Source of the DNA: the human T2T-CHM13v2.0 reference genome, Homo sapiens | DNA: 64,000 bases | Assembly (NCBI RefSeq): GCF_009914755.1 | Contig: NC_060948.1 | Reading direction: 5' to 3' (one strand) | Shown here: positions 28,564-43,400 of the stretch, in pieces | How positions within the stretch are numbered: the stretch's first letter is position 1 | Layout of the letters: the number at the start of each line of letters is the position of its first letter | The notes under the pieces: model-generated | What the model saw: the letters and a program-made list of their open reading frames with translations, nothing else | Databases searched by the model: none | What the model was told of the DNA's origin: nothing | Position numbers and translations under genes: made by a program

Positions 28564-31427
28564 ATGGAATCGAATGGAAAGGACTCGAATGGAAATCACT
28601 CGAATAGAATGCAATTTAATAAAATAGGATCAAATGTAATGGAATGGAATGGAAAGGAATCGAAACGAAAGGAATGGAGACAGATGGAATGGAATGGAAC
28701 AGAGAGCAATGGTATAGAATGGAATGGAATCATCTGGAATGGAATTGAATGGAATGGAATAATATGAAATGGAATGGAATGGAATGGAATGGAATGCCCT
28801 TGAATTAAATGGACTGGAATGGAATGGACTCGAACAGAGTGGAATGGAAAGTGTTGAGATAGAATGGAATGGACTCCTTCGGAATGGTCTAGTATGCAAT
28901 GCAATCGACTGGCAGGGAATCAAAAGGAATGTAATGGAATGGATTGGACTGGAATGCAATGGACTCGAATAGATTGGAAACGGAATGCAAAGGAATGGAA
29001 TGGAATAGTATGGAATGGAATGGAAAGGAATGGAGTGGAATAGACTAGAGTGGAATGGAATGGACTGGAAAGCAATGGACTGGAATGGAACTTTCTTGAA
29101 TGGACTGGAATCAAACGGAATGGAATGCAATGCAATCAAATGGCATGGAATAAAATAGAATGAAAGAGAATCAAATGGAATTGAATCGAATGGAATCGAA
29201 TGGATTGGAAAGGAATAGAATGGAATGGAATGGAATTGACTCAAATGGAATGGAGTAGAAAGGAATGGATTCGAATGGAAGGCAAAGGAATGAAATCTAT
29301 TGGAATGGACAGTAATGGAATGGAATGGAAGGGATTGGAATGGACTCGAATGGAATGGACTGCAATAGAAAGGATTCGAATGGAATGAAAAAGAATTGAA
29401 TGGAATAGAACAGAATGGAATCAAATCGAATGAAATGGAATGGAATAGAAAGGAATGGAATGAAATGGAATGGAAAGGATTCGAATGGAATGCAATCGAA
29501 TGGAATGCAATCGAATGGAATGGAATCGAACGGAATGGAATAAAATGGAAGAAAACTGGCAAGAAATGGAATCGAAATGAATGGAGTGTTATGGAACGGA
29601 CTCAAAAGGAATTGAATGTAATAGAATGGAGTGGAGTGGACTCGAATATAATGGACTGGAATGGAATGAAATCACATGGAATGGGAACGAATGGAATGGA
29701 ATGGAAAGGAATGGAATCGAATGGAAAGGAATCGAATGGAAGGGAATGAAATTGAATCAACAGGAATGGAAGGGAATAGAATAGACGGTAATGGAATGGA
29801 CTCGAATAGAATGGACACGAATGCTCAAATTGAATGGACTCGAATGTAATGGAAACGAAAGGAATGTCATCGAATGGAATTGAATCGATTGGAATGAAAT
29901 CGCATAGAATGGAGTGGAATCAAATGGAATTGAATCGAAAGGAAAGGAAGCGAATGGACTGAAATGAAATGGAATGGAATTGAATGGAAAGTAATGCAAT
30001 GGAATAGAATGGAACGAAATTTCACGGAATGGAATCAAACTGAATGGAATCAAATCAATGGAATCAAATCAAATGGAATGGAAAGGAATTGAATGGAGTA
30101 GATTGGATTGGATGGGATTGGAATGAAATGTACTGGAAAGGACTCGAATTTCATGAAACGGAATGGAATGAATTGGAACGGAATGGACTCGAATGGAATG
30201 GAATGTCATGGAATGGCATCAAATGGAATGGCATCAAATGGAATGGAATCGAATGCAATGGAATGCTATGGAATGGAATGGAATGCATTGGAATGGAATG
30301 TCCTCTAATGGAATGGATTCGAGTGGAATGGAATCGAATATAATGGAGTCGAATGAAATGGAATTGAAAGGAATGGGATCGAATACAATGGAATATACTG
30401 GAATGTAATGTAATGAACTCGAATGTAATTGACTGGAATGGAATGTACATGAATGGAATGTAATCGAATGGAAAGTAATCCAATGGAATAGAATCTAATG
30501 CAATAAAATCGACTCAGATAGAGTAGAATGTAATGGAATGGAGTGCAGTGCAATGGAATGGAATGGAATGGAATGCAATGGAATGGAATGTATTAGAATG
30601 TAATGAACTTTAATGGAATGTACTCGAATGGATTCGACTGGAATGGAATGTTCTGGAAGTGAATGGACTCCAATGGAATGGATTCGAAAGGAATGGAATC
30701 GAACGGAATGGAATCTAATGGAATGGAATTAAATGGAAATGAATCAAATTGAATAGCACGGAATTGAATTGAATGGAATCGAATGCAATGGAATCTAATG
30801 AAACGGAAAGGAAAGGAATGGAATGGAATGGAATGGGCTGGAATGGAAAGGAATCGAAACGAATGGAATGGAATCGAACTGAAGAGACTGGAATGGAATG
30901 CACTGGAATGGAAGGGAGTGTAATGGAAGGTTCTCGAAAATAATGGAATCGAATGGAATGGAATTGAATGGAACGGAATAGAGTCGAATGGAATTGAATG
31001 GAATGGAATGGACTGGAGTGAAATGGAATCGAACCACAAGGAATGGACAGGAATACAATGGTCTCGAATTGAATGGAATCGTATGGAATGGCATCAAACG
31101 GAATGGAATGGACAGCCACGGAATGGAATGCACTCGAATGCAATGGAGTCGAAACTTATGGACTGGAATAGAATGGACTCGACTGGTACGGACTCCAATG
31201 GAATGGAATCGAATGGAAGGGATTCGAACGGAATGGACTCGAAGGGAAAAGACTGCAATGGAAAGGCCTCGAATGGAATGGAAATTAATGGAATGGAATG
31301 GAATCGAATGAAATGGAGTCAAAAGGAATGGAATCGAATGGCAAGAAATCGAATGTAATGGAATCGCAAGGAATTGATGTGAACGGAACGGAATGGAATG
31401 GAATCCAAAGGAATGGAATAGAATGGA
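28564..31427 (+). repeat. DYZ1: DYZ1 unit 9, internally deleted (2864 bp; ~710 bp deletion with junction at 30556-30590)
   Basis: GTGCAGTGC (ends 30551) lies 40 bp from TATTAGAATG (30591), versus 750 bp in unit 13. Confidence 0.93.
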
Positions 31428-34400
31428 ATGGAATCGAATGGAAAGGACTCGAATGGAAATCACTCGAATAGAATGCAGTTTAATAAAATAGGATCAAATG
31501 TAATGGAATGGAATGGAAAGGAATCGAAACGAAAGGAATGGAGACAGATGGAATGGAATGGAACAGAGAGCAATGGTATAGAATGGAATGGAATCATCTG
31601 GAATGGAATTGAATGGAATGGAATAATATGAAATGGAATGGAATGGAATGGAATGGAATGCCCTTGAATTAAATGGACTGGAATGGAATGGACTCGAACA
31701 GAGTGGAATGGAAAGTGTTGAGATAGAATGGAATGGACTCCTTTGGAATGGTGTAGTATGCAATGCAATCGACTGGCAGGGAATCAAAAGGAATGTAATC
31801 GAATGGATTGGACTGGAATGCAATGGACTCGAATAGATTGGAAACGGAATGCAAAGGAATGGAATGGAATAGTATGGAATGGAATGGAAAGGAATGGAGT
31901 GGAATAGACTAGAGTGGAATGGAATGGACTGGAAAGCAATGGACTGGAATGGAACTTTCTTGAATGGACTAGAATCAAACAGAATGGAATGCAATGCAAT
32001 CAAATGGCATGGAATAAAATAGAATGAAAGAGAATCAAATGGAATTGAATCGAATGGAATCGAATGGATTGGAAAGGAATAGAATGGAATGGAATGGAAT
32101 TGACTCAAATGGAATGGACTAGAATGGAATGGATTCGAATGGAAGGCAAAGGAATGGAATCTATTGGAATGGACTGTAATGGAATGGAATGGAAGGGATT
32201 GGAATGGACTGCAATAGAAAGGATTCGAATGGAATGAAAAAGAATTGAATGGAATAGAACAGAATGGAATCAAATCGAATGAAATGGAATGGAATAGAAA
32301 GGAATGGAATGAAATGGAATGGAAAGGATTCGAATGGAATGCAATCGAATGGAATGGAATCGAACGGAATGGAATAAAATGGAAGAAAACTGGCAAGAAA
32401 TGGAATCGAAATGAATGGAGTGTTATGGAACGGACTCAAAAGGAATTGAATGTAATAGAATGGAGTGGAGTGGACTCGAATATAATGGACTGGAATGGAA
32501 TGAAATCACATGGAATGGGAACGAATGGAATGGAATGGAAAGGAATGGAATCGAATGGAAAGGAATCGAATGGAAGGGAATGCAATTGAATCAACAGGAA
32601 TGGAAGGGAATAGAATAGACGGTAATGGAATGGACTCGAATAGAATGGACACGAATGCTCAAATTGAATGGACTCGAATGGAATGGAAACGAAAGGAATG
32701 TCATCGAATGGAATTGAATCGATTGGAATGAAATCGCATAGAATGGAGTGGAATCAAATGGAATTGAATCGAAAGGAAAGGAAGCGAATGGACTGAAATG
32801 AAATGGAATGGAATTGAATGGAAAGTAATGCAATGGAATAGAATGGAACGAAATTTCACGGAATGGAATCAAACTGAATGGAATCAAATCAATGGAATCT
32901 AATCAAATGGAATGGAAAGGAATTGAATGGAGTAGATTGGATTGGATGGGATTGGAATGAAATGTACTGGAAAGGACTCGAATTTCATGAAACGGAATGG
33001 AATGAATTGGAACGGAATGGACTCGAATGGAATGGAATGTCATGGAATGGCATCAAATGGAATGGCATCAAATAGAATGGAATCGAATGCAATGGAATGT
33101 TATGGAATGAAATGGAATGCATTGCAATGGAATGTCCTCTAATGGAATGGATTCGAGTGGAATGGAATCGAATATAATGGAGTCGAATGAAATGGAATTG
33201 AAAGGAATGGGATCGAATACAATGGAATATACTGGAATGTAATGTAATGAACTCGAATGTAATTGACTGGAATGGAATGTACATGAATGGAATGTAATCG
33301 AATGGAAAGTAATCCAATGGAATAGAATCTAATGCAATAAAACCGACTCAGATAGAGTAGAATGTAATGGAATGGAGTGCAGTGCAATGGAATGGAATGG
33401 AATGGAATGCAATGGAATGGAATGGTATGCAATGGAATGGAATGGAATGGAATGGGATGGAATGGGATGGAATGGATAGTAATGGACTGGAGTGAAATGG
33501 ACTGGAAAGGAATGGACTCAAATTGAAAGGGCTCGAAAGGAATGGAGTCAAATGGAATGGTCTGGAATGGAATGAACACGAATGTAATGCAATCCAATAG
33601 AATGGAATCGAATGGCATGGAATATAAAGAAATGGAATCGAAGAGAATGGAAACAAATGGAATGGAATTGAATGGAATGGAATTGAATGGAATGGGAACG
33701 AATGGAGTGAAATTGTATGCAGTAGAAAGGAATAGAATGGAATGCAAGCGACAGGAAAGGAATGAATTGGAATGGAATGGAATTCATTGGAATGGAAGGG
33801 AATGTAGTGTAATGGACAGGCCTGGAATAAAGTGGAATGCTACGGTCTCGAATGGAATAAAAATGTATGGAATGGAATGCAATGAAACGGAATCGAATGT
33901 CATAGAATGTAATGGAATGCAAAAAAATGGAATCCAAAATCATTGACTGCAAAGGCTGGGTGTCGAAAGGAATTGACTCCAATGGAATGGAATCGAATGG
34001 AATGGAAGTGAATAGAATCGAACTAAATCGAATGGAATGGAATTGATAGGAACGGAATGGAAAGGAATGCAATGATTTGGCATGGAATGGAATCGAATGG
34101 CATCGAATGGAATGGAATGGAATGCAATGGAATGGAATGTTTTAGAATGTAATGAACTTTAATGGAATGTACTCGAATGGATTCGACTGGAATGGAATGT
34201 TCTGGAAGTGAATGGACTCCAATGGAATGGATTCAAAAGGAATGGAATCGTACGGAATGGAATCTAATGGAATGGAATTAAATGGAAGTGAATCAAATTG
34301 AATAGCACGGAATTGAATTGAATGGAATGGAATGCAATGGAATCTAATGAAACGGAAAGGAAAGGAATGGAATGGAATGGAATGGGCTGGAATGGAAAGG

Positions 34401-37400
34401 AATCGAAACGAATGGAATGGAATCGAACTGAAGAGACTGGAATGGAATGCACTGGAATGGAAGGGAGTGTAATGGAAGGTTCTCGAAAAAAATGGAATCG
34501 AATGGAATGGAATTGAATGGAACGGAATAGAGTCGAATGGAATTGAATGGAATGGAATGGACTAGAGTGAAATGGAATCGAACCACAAGGAATGGACAGG
34601 AATAGAATGGTCTCGAATTGAATGGAATCGTATGGAATGGCATCAAACGGAATGGAATGGACAGCCACGGAATGGAATGCACTCGAATGCAATGGAGTCG
34701 AAACTAATGGACTGAAATAGAATGGACTCGACTGGTACGGACTCCAATGGAATGGAATCGAATGGAAGGGAATCGAACGGAATGGACTCGAAGGGAAAAG
34801 ACTGCAATGGAAAGGTCTCGAATGGAATGAAAATTAATGGAATGGAATGGAATCGAATGAAATGGAGTCAAAAGGAATGGAATCGAATGGCAAGAAATCG
34901 AATGTAATGGAATCGCAAGGAATTGATGTGAACGGAACGGAATGGAATGGAATCCAAAGGAATGGAATAGAATGGAATGGAATCGAATGGAAAGGACTCG
35001 AATGGAAATCACTCGAATAGAATGCAATTTAATAAAATAGGATCAAATGTAATGGAATGGAATGGAAAGGAATCGAAACGAAAGGAATGGAGACAGATGG
35101 AATGGAATGGAACAGAGAACAATGGTATAGAATGGAATGGAATCATCTGGAATGAAATTGAATGGAATGGAATAATATGAAATGGAATGGAATGGAATGG
35201 AATGGAATGCCCTTGAATTAAATGGACTGGAATGGAATGGACTCGAACAGAGTGGAATGGAAAGTGTTGAGATAGAATGGAATGGACTCCTTTGGAATGG
35301 TGTAGTATGCAATGCAATCGACAGGCAGGGAATCAAAAGGAATGTAATCGAATGGATTGGACTGGAATGCAATGGACTCGAATAGATTGCAAACGGAATG
35401 CAAAGGAATGGAATGGAATAGTATGGAATGGAATGGAAAGGAATGGAGTGGAATAGACTAGAGTGGAATGGAATGGACTGGAAAGCAATGGACTGGAATG
35501 GAACTTTCTTGAATGGACTGGAATCAAACGGAATGGAATGCAATGCAATCAAATGGCATGGAATAAAATAGAATGAAAGAGAATCAAATGGAATTGAATC
35601 GAATGGAATCGAATGGATTGGAAAGGAATAGAATGGAATGGAATGGAATTGACTCAAATGGAATGGACTAGAATGGAATGGATTCGAATGGAAGGCAAAG
35701 GAATGGAATATATTGGAATGGACTGTAATGGAATGGAATGGAAGGGATTGGAATGGACTCGAATGGAATGGACTGCAATAGAAAGGATTCGAATGGAATG
35801 AAAAAGAATTGAATGGAATAGAACAGAATGGAATCAAATCGAATGAAATGGAATGGAATAGAAAGGAATGGAATGAAATGGAATGGAAAGGATTCGAATG
35901 GAATGCAATCGAATGGAATGGAATCGAACGGAATGGAATAAAATGGAAGAAAACTGGCAAGAAATGGAATCGAAATGAATGGAGTGTTATGGAACGGACT
36001 CAAAAGGAATTGAATGTAATAGAATGGAGTGGAGTGGACTCGAATATAATGGACTGGAAGAATGGAATGAAATCACATGGAATGGGAACGAATGGAATGG
36101 AATGGAAAGGAATGGAATCGAATGGAAAGGAATCGAATGGAAGGGAATGAAATTGAATCAACAGGAATGGAAGGGAATAGAATAGACGGTAATGGAATGG
36201 ACTCGAATAGAATGGACACGAATGCTCAAATTGAATGGACTCGAATGGAATGGAAACGAAAGGAATGTCATCGAATGGAATTGAATCGATTGGAATGAAA
36301 TCGCATAGAATGGAGTGGAATCAAATGGAATTGAATCGAAAGGAAAGGAAGCGAATGGACTGAAATGAAATGGAATGGAATTGAATGGAAAGTAATGCAA
36401 TGGAATAGAATGGAACGAAATTTCACGGAATGGAATCAAACTGAATGGAATCAAATCAATGGAATCTAATCAAATGGAATGGAAAGGAATTGAATGGAGT
36501 AGATTGGATTGGATGGGATTGGAATGAAATGTACTGGAAAGGACTCGAATTTCATGAAACGGAATGGAATGAATTGGAACGGAATGGACTCGAATGGAAT
36601 GGAATGTCATGGAATGGCATCAAATGGAATGGCATCAAATGGAATGGAATCGAATGCAATGGAATGTTATGGAATGGAATGGAATGCATTGGAATGGAAT
36701 GTCCTGTAATGGAATGGATTCGAGTGGAATGGAATCGAATATAATGGAGTCGAATGAAATGGAATTGAAAGGAATGGGATCGAATACAATGGAATATACT
36801 GGAATGTAATGTAATGAACTCGAATGTAATTGACTGGAATGGAATGTACATGAATGGAATGTAATCGAATGGAAAGTAATCCAATGGAATAGAATCTAAT
36901 GCAATAAAACCGACTCAGATAGAGTAGAATGTAATGGAATGGAGTGCAGTGCAATGGAATGGAATGGAATGGAATGCAATGGAATGGAATGGAATGGAAT
37001 GGAATGGAATGGAATGGGATTGAATGGGATGGAATGGATAGTAATGGACTGGAGTGAAATGGACTGGAAAGGAATGGACTCAAATTGAAAGGGCTCGAAA
37101 GGAATGGAGTCAAATGTAATGGTCTGGAATGGAATGAACACGAATGTAATGCAATCCAATAGAATGGAATCGAATGGCATGGAATATAAAGAAATGGAAT
37201 CGAAGAGAATGGAAACAAATGGAATGGAATTGAATGGAATGGAATTGAATGGAATGGGAACGAATGGAGTGAAATTGTATGCAGTAGAAGGGAATAGAAT
37301 GGAATGCAAGCGACAGGAAAGGAATGAATTGGAATGGAATGGAATTCATTGGAATGGAAGGGAATGTAGTGTAATGGACAGGCCTGGAATAAAGTGGAAT

Positions 37401-40400
37401 GCTACGGTCTCGAATGGAATAAAAATGTATGGAATGGAATGCAATGAAACGGAATCGAATGTCATAGAATGTAATGGAATGCAAAAAAATGGAATCCAAA
37501 ATCATTGACTGCAAAGGCTGGGTGTCGAAAGGAATTGACTCCAATGGAATGGAATCGAATAGAATGGAAGTGAATAGAATCGAACTAAATCGAATGGAAT
37601 GGAATTGATAGGAACGGAATGGAAAGGAATGCAATGATTTGGCATGGAATGGAATCGAATGGCATCGAATGGAATGGAATGGAATGCAATGGAATGGAAT
37701 GTATTAGAATGTAATGAACTTTAATGGAATGTACTCGAATGGATTCGACTGGAATGGAATGTTCTGGAAGTGAATGGACTCCAATGGAATGGATTCAAAA
37801 GGAATGGAATCGTACGGAATGGAATCTAATGGAATGGAATTAAATGGAAGTGAATCAAATTGAATAGCACGGAATTGAATTGAATGGAATGGAATGCAAT
37901 GGAATCTAATGAAACGGAAAGGAAAGGAATGGAATGGAATGGAATGGGCTGGAATGGAAAGGAATCGAAACGAATGGAATGGAATCGAACTGAAGAGACT
38001 GGAATGGAATGCACTGGAATGGAAGGGAGTGTAATGGAAGGTTCTAGAAAAAAATGGAATCGAATGGAATGGAATTGAATGGAACGGAATAGAGTCGAAT
38101 GGAATTGAATGGAATGGAATGGACTAGAGTGAAATGGAATCGAACCACAAGGAATGGACAGGAATAGAATGGTCTCGAATTGAATGGAATCATATGGAAT
38201 GGCATCAAACGGAATGCAATGGACAGCCACGGAATGGAATGCACTCGAATGCAATGGAGTCGAAACTAATGGACTGAAATAGAATGGACTCGACTGGTAC
38301 GGACTCCAATGGAATGGAATCGAATGGAAGGGAATCGAACGGAATGGACTCGAAGGGAAAAGACTGCAATGGAAAGGTCTCGAATGGAATGGAAATTAAT
38401 GGAATGGAATGGAATCGAATGAAATGGAGTCAAAAGGAATGGAATCGAATGGCAAGAAATCGAATGTAATGGAATCGCAAGGAATTGATGTGAACGGAAC
38501 GGAATGGAATGGAATCCAAAGGAATGGAATAGAATGGAATGGAATCGAATGGAAAGGACTCGAATGGAAATCACTCGAATAGAATGCAATTTAATAAAAT
38601 AGGATCAAATGTAATGGAATGGAATGGAAAGGAATCGAAACGAAAGGAATGGAGACAGATGGAATGGAATGGAACAGAGAACAATGGTATAGAATGGAAT
38701 GGAATCATCTGGAATGGAATTGAATGGAATGGAATAATATGAAATGGAATGGAATGGAATGGAATGGAATGCCCTTGAATTAAATGGACTGGAATGGAAT
38801 GGACTCGAACAGAGTGGAATGGAAAGTGTTGAGATAGAATGGAATGGACTCCTTTGGAATGGTGTAGTATGCAATGCAATCGACAGGCAGGGAATCAAAA
38901 GAAATGTAATCGAATGGATTGGACTGGAATGCAATGGACTCGAATAGATTGGAAACGGAATGCAAAGGAATGGAATGGAATAGTATGGAATGGAATGGAA
39001 AGGAATGGAGTGGAATAGACTAGAGTGGAATGGAATGGACTGGAAAGCAATGGACTGGAATGGAACTTTCTTGAATGGACTGGAATCAAACGGAATGGAA
39101 TGCAATGCAATCAAATGGCATGGAATAAAATAGAATGAAAGAGAATCAAATGGAATTGAATCGAATGGAATCGAATGGATTGGAAAGGAATAGAATGGAA
39201 TGGAATGGAATGGACTAGAATGGAATGGATTCGAATGGAAGGCAAAGGAATGGAATCTATTGGAATGGACTGTAATGGAATGGAATGGAAGGGATTGGAA
39301 TGGACTCGAATGGAATGGACTGCAATAGAAAGGATTCGAATGGAATGAGAAAGAATTGAATGGAATAGAACAGAATGGAATCAAATCGAATGAAATGGAA
39401 TGGAATAGAAAGGAATGGAATGAAATGGAATGGAAAGGATTCGAATGGAATGCAATCGAATGGAATGGAATCGAACGGAATGGAATAAAATGGAAGAAAA
39501 CTGGCAAGAAATGGAATCGAAATGAATGGAGTGTTATGGAACGGACTCAAAAGGAATTGAATGTAATAGAATGGAGTGGAGTGGACTCGAATATAATGGA
39601 CTGGAATGGAATGAAATCACATGGAATGGGAACGAATGGAATGGAATGGAAAGGAATGGAATCGAATGGAAAGGAATCGAATGGAAGGGAATGAAATTGA
39701 ATCAACAGGAATGGAAGGGAATAGAATAGAGGGTAATGGAATGGACTCGAATAGAATGGACACGAAAGCTCAAATTGAATGGACTCGAATGGAATAGAAA
39801 CGAAAGGAATGTCATCGAATGGAATTGAATCGATTGGAATGAAATCGCATAGAATGGAGTGGAATCAAATGGAATTGAATCGAAAGGAAAGGAAGCGAAT
39901 GGACTGAAATGAAATGGAATGGAATTGAATGGAAAGTAATGCAATGGAATAGAATGGAACGAAATTTCACGGAATGGAATCAAACTGAATGGAATCAAAT
40001 CAATGGAATCAAATCAAATGGAATGGAAAGGAATTGAATGGAGTAGATTGGATTGGATGGGATTGGAATGAAATGTACTGGAAAGGACTCGAATTTCATG
40101 AAACGGAATGGAATGAATTGGAACGGAATGGACTCGAATGGAATGGAATGTCATGGAATGGCATCAAATGGAATGGCATCAAATGGAATGGAATCGAATG
40201 CAATGGAATGCTATGGAATGGAATGGAATGCATTGGAATGGAATGTCCTCTAATGGAATGGATTCGAGTGGAATGGAATCGAATATAATGGAGTCGAATG
40301 AAATGGAATTGAAAGGAATGGGATCGAATACAATGGAATATACTGGAATGTAATGTAATGAACTCGAATGTAATTGACTGGAATGGAATGTATATGAATG

Positions 40401-43400
40401 GAATGTAATCGAATGGAAAGTAATCCAATGGAAGAGAATCTAATGCAATAAAATCGACTCAGATAGAGTAGAATGTAATGGAATGGAGTGCAGTGCAATG
40501 GAATGGAATGGAATGGAATGCAATTGAATGGAATGGAATGGAATGGAATGGAATGGAATGGAATGGAATGGAATGGGATGGAATGGTATGGAATGGATAG
40601 TAATGGACTGGAGTGAAATGGACTGGAAAGGAATGGACTCAAATTGAAAGGGCTCGAAAGGAATGGAGTCAAATGGAATGGTCTGGAATGGAATGAACAC
40701 GAATGTAATGCAATCCAATAGAATGGAATCGAATGGCATGGAATATAAAGAAATGGAATGGAAGAGAATGGAAACAAATGGAATGGAATTGAATGGAATG
40801 GAATTGAATGGAATGGGAACGAATGGAGTGAAATTGTATGCAGTAGAAGGGAATAGAATGGAATGCAAGCGAAAGGAAAGGAATGGATTGGAATGGAATG
40901 GAATTCATTGGAATGGAAGGGAATGTATTGTAATGGACAGGCCTGGAATAAAGTGGAATGCTACGGTCTCGAATGGAATAAAAATATATGGAATGGAATG
41001 CAATGAAACGGAATCGAATGTCATAGAATGTAATGGAATGCAAAAAAATGGAATCCAAAATCATTGACTGGAAAGGCTGGGTGTCGAAAGGAATTGACTC
41101 CAATGGAATGGAATCGAATGGAATGGAAGTGAATAGAATCGAACTAAATCGAATGGAATGGAATTGATAGGAACGGAATGGAAAGGAATGCAATGATTTG
41201 GCATGGATTGGAATCGATTGGCATCGAATGGAATGGAATGGAATGCAATGGAATGGAATGTATTAGAATGTAATGAACTTTAATGGAATGTACTCGAATG
41301 GATTCGACTGGAATGGAATGTTCTGGAAGTGAATGGACTCCAATGGAATGGATTCAAAAGGAATGGAATCGTACGGAATGGAATCTAATGGAATGGAATT
41401 AAATGGAAATGAATCAAATTGAGTAGCACGGAATTGAATTGAATGGAATCGAATGCAATGGAATCTAATGAAACGGAAAGGAAAGGAATGGAATGGAATG
41501 GAATGGGCTGGAATGGAAAGGAATCGAAACGAATGGAATGGAATCGAACTGAAGAGACTGGAATGGAATGCACTGGAATGGAAGGGAGTGTAATGGAAGG
41601 TTCTCGAAAAAAATGGAATCGAATGGAATGGAATTGAATGGAACGGAATAGAGTCGAATGGAATTGAATGGAATGGAATGGACTAGAGTGAAATGGAATC
41701 GAACCACAAGGAATGGACAGGAATAGAATGGTCTCGAATTGAATGGAATCGTATGGAATGGCATCAAACGGAATGGAATGGACAGCCACGGAATGGAATG
41801 CACTCGAATGCAATGGAGTCGAAACTAATGGACTGGAATAGAATGGACTCGACTGGTACGGACTCCAATGGAATGGAATCGAATGGAAGGGAATCGAACG
41901 GAATGGACTCGAAGGGAAAAGACTGCAATGGAAAGGTCTCGAATGGAATGGAAATTAATGGAATGCAATGGAATCGAATGAAATGGAGTCAAAAGGAATG
42001 GAATCGAATGGCAAGAAATCGAATGTAATGGAATCGCAAGGAATTGATGTGAACGGAACGGAATGGAATGGAATCCAAAGGAATGGAATAGAATGGAATG
42101 GAATCGAATGGAAAGGACTCGAATGGAAATCACTCGAATAGAATGCAATTTAATAAAATAGGATCAAATGGAATGGAATGGAATGGAAAGGAATCGAAAC
42201 GAAAGGAATGGAGACAGATGGAATGGAATGGAACAGAGAGCAATGGTATAGAATGGAATGGAATCATCTGGAATGGAATTGAATGGAATGGAATAATATG
42301 AAATGGAATGGAATGGAATGGAATGGAATGGAATGGAATGCCCTTGAATTAAATGGACTGGAATGGAATGGACTCGAACAGAGTGGAATGGAAAGTGTTG
42401 AGATAGAATGGAATGGACTCGTTTGGAATGGTGCAGTATGCAATGCAATCGACTGGCAGGGAATCAAAAGGAATGTAATGGAATGGATTGGACTGGAATG
42501 CAATGGACTCGAATAGATTGGAAACGGAATGCAAAGGAATGGAATGGAATAGTATGGAATGGAATGGAAAGGAATGGAGTGGAATAGACTAGAGTGGAAT
42601 GGAATGGACTGGAAAGCAATGGACTGGAATGGAACTTTCTTGAATGGACTGGAATCAAACGGAATGGAATGCAATGCAATCAAATGGCATGGAATAAAAT
42701 AGAATGAAAGAGAATCAAATGGAATTGAATCGAATGGAATCGAATGGATTGGAAAGGAATAGAATGGAATGGAATGGAATTGACTCAAATGGAATGGACT
42801 AGAATGGAATGGATTCGAATGGAAGGCAAAGGAATGGAATCTATTGGAATGGACTGTAATGGAATGGAATGGAAGGGATTGGAATGGACTCGAATGGAAT
42901 GGACTGCAATAGAAAGGATTCGAATGGAATGAAAAAGAATTGAATGGAATAGAACAGAATGGAATCAAATCGAATGAAATGGAATGGAATAGAAAGGAAT
43001 GGAATGAAATGGAATGGAAAGGATTCGAATGGAATGCAATCGAATGGAATGGAATCGAACGGAATGGAATAAAATGGAAGAAAACTGGCAAGAAATGGAA
43101 TCGAAATGAATGGAGTGTTATGGAACGGACTCAAAAGGAATTGAATGTAATAGAATGGAGTGGAGTGGACTCGAATATAATGGACTGGAATGGAATGAAA
43201 TCACATGGAATGGGCACGAATGGAATGGAATGGAAAGGAATGGAATCGAATGGAAAGGAATCGAATGGAAGGGAATGAAATTGAATCAACAGGAATGGAA
43301 GGGAATAGAATAGACGGTAATGGAATGGACTCGAATAGAATGGACACGAATGCTCAAATTGAATGGACTCGAATGGAATGGAAACGAAAGGAATGTCATC

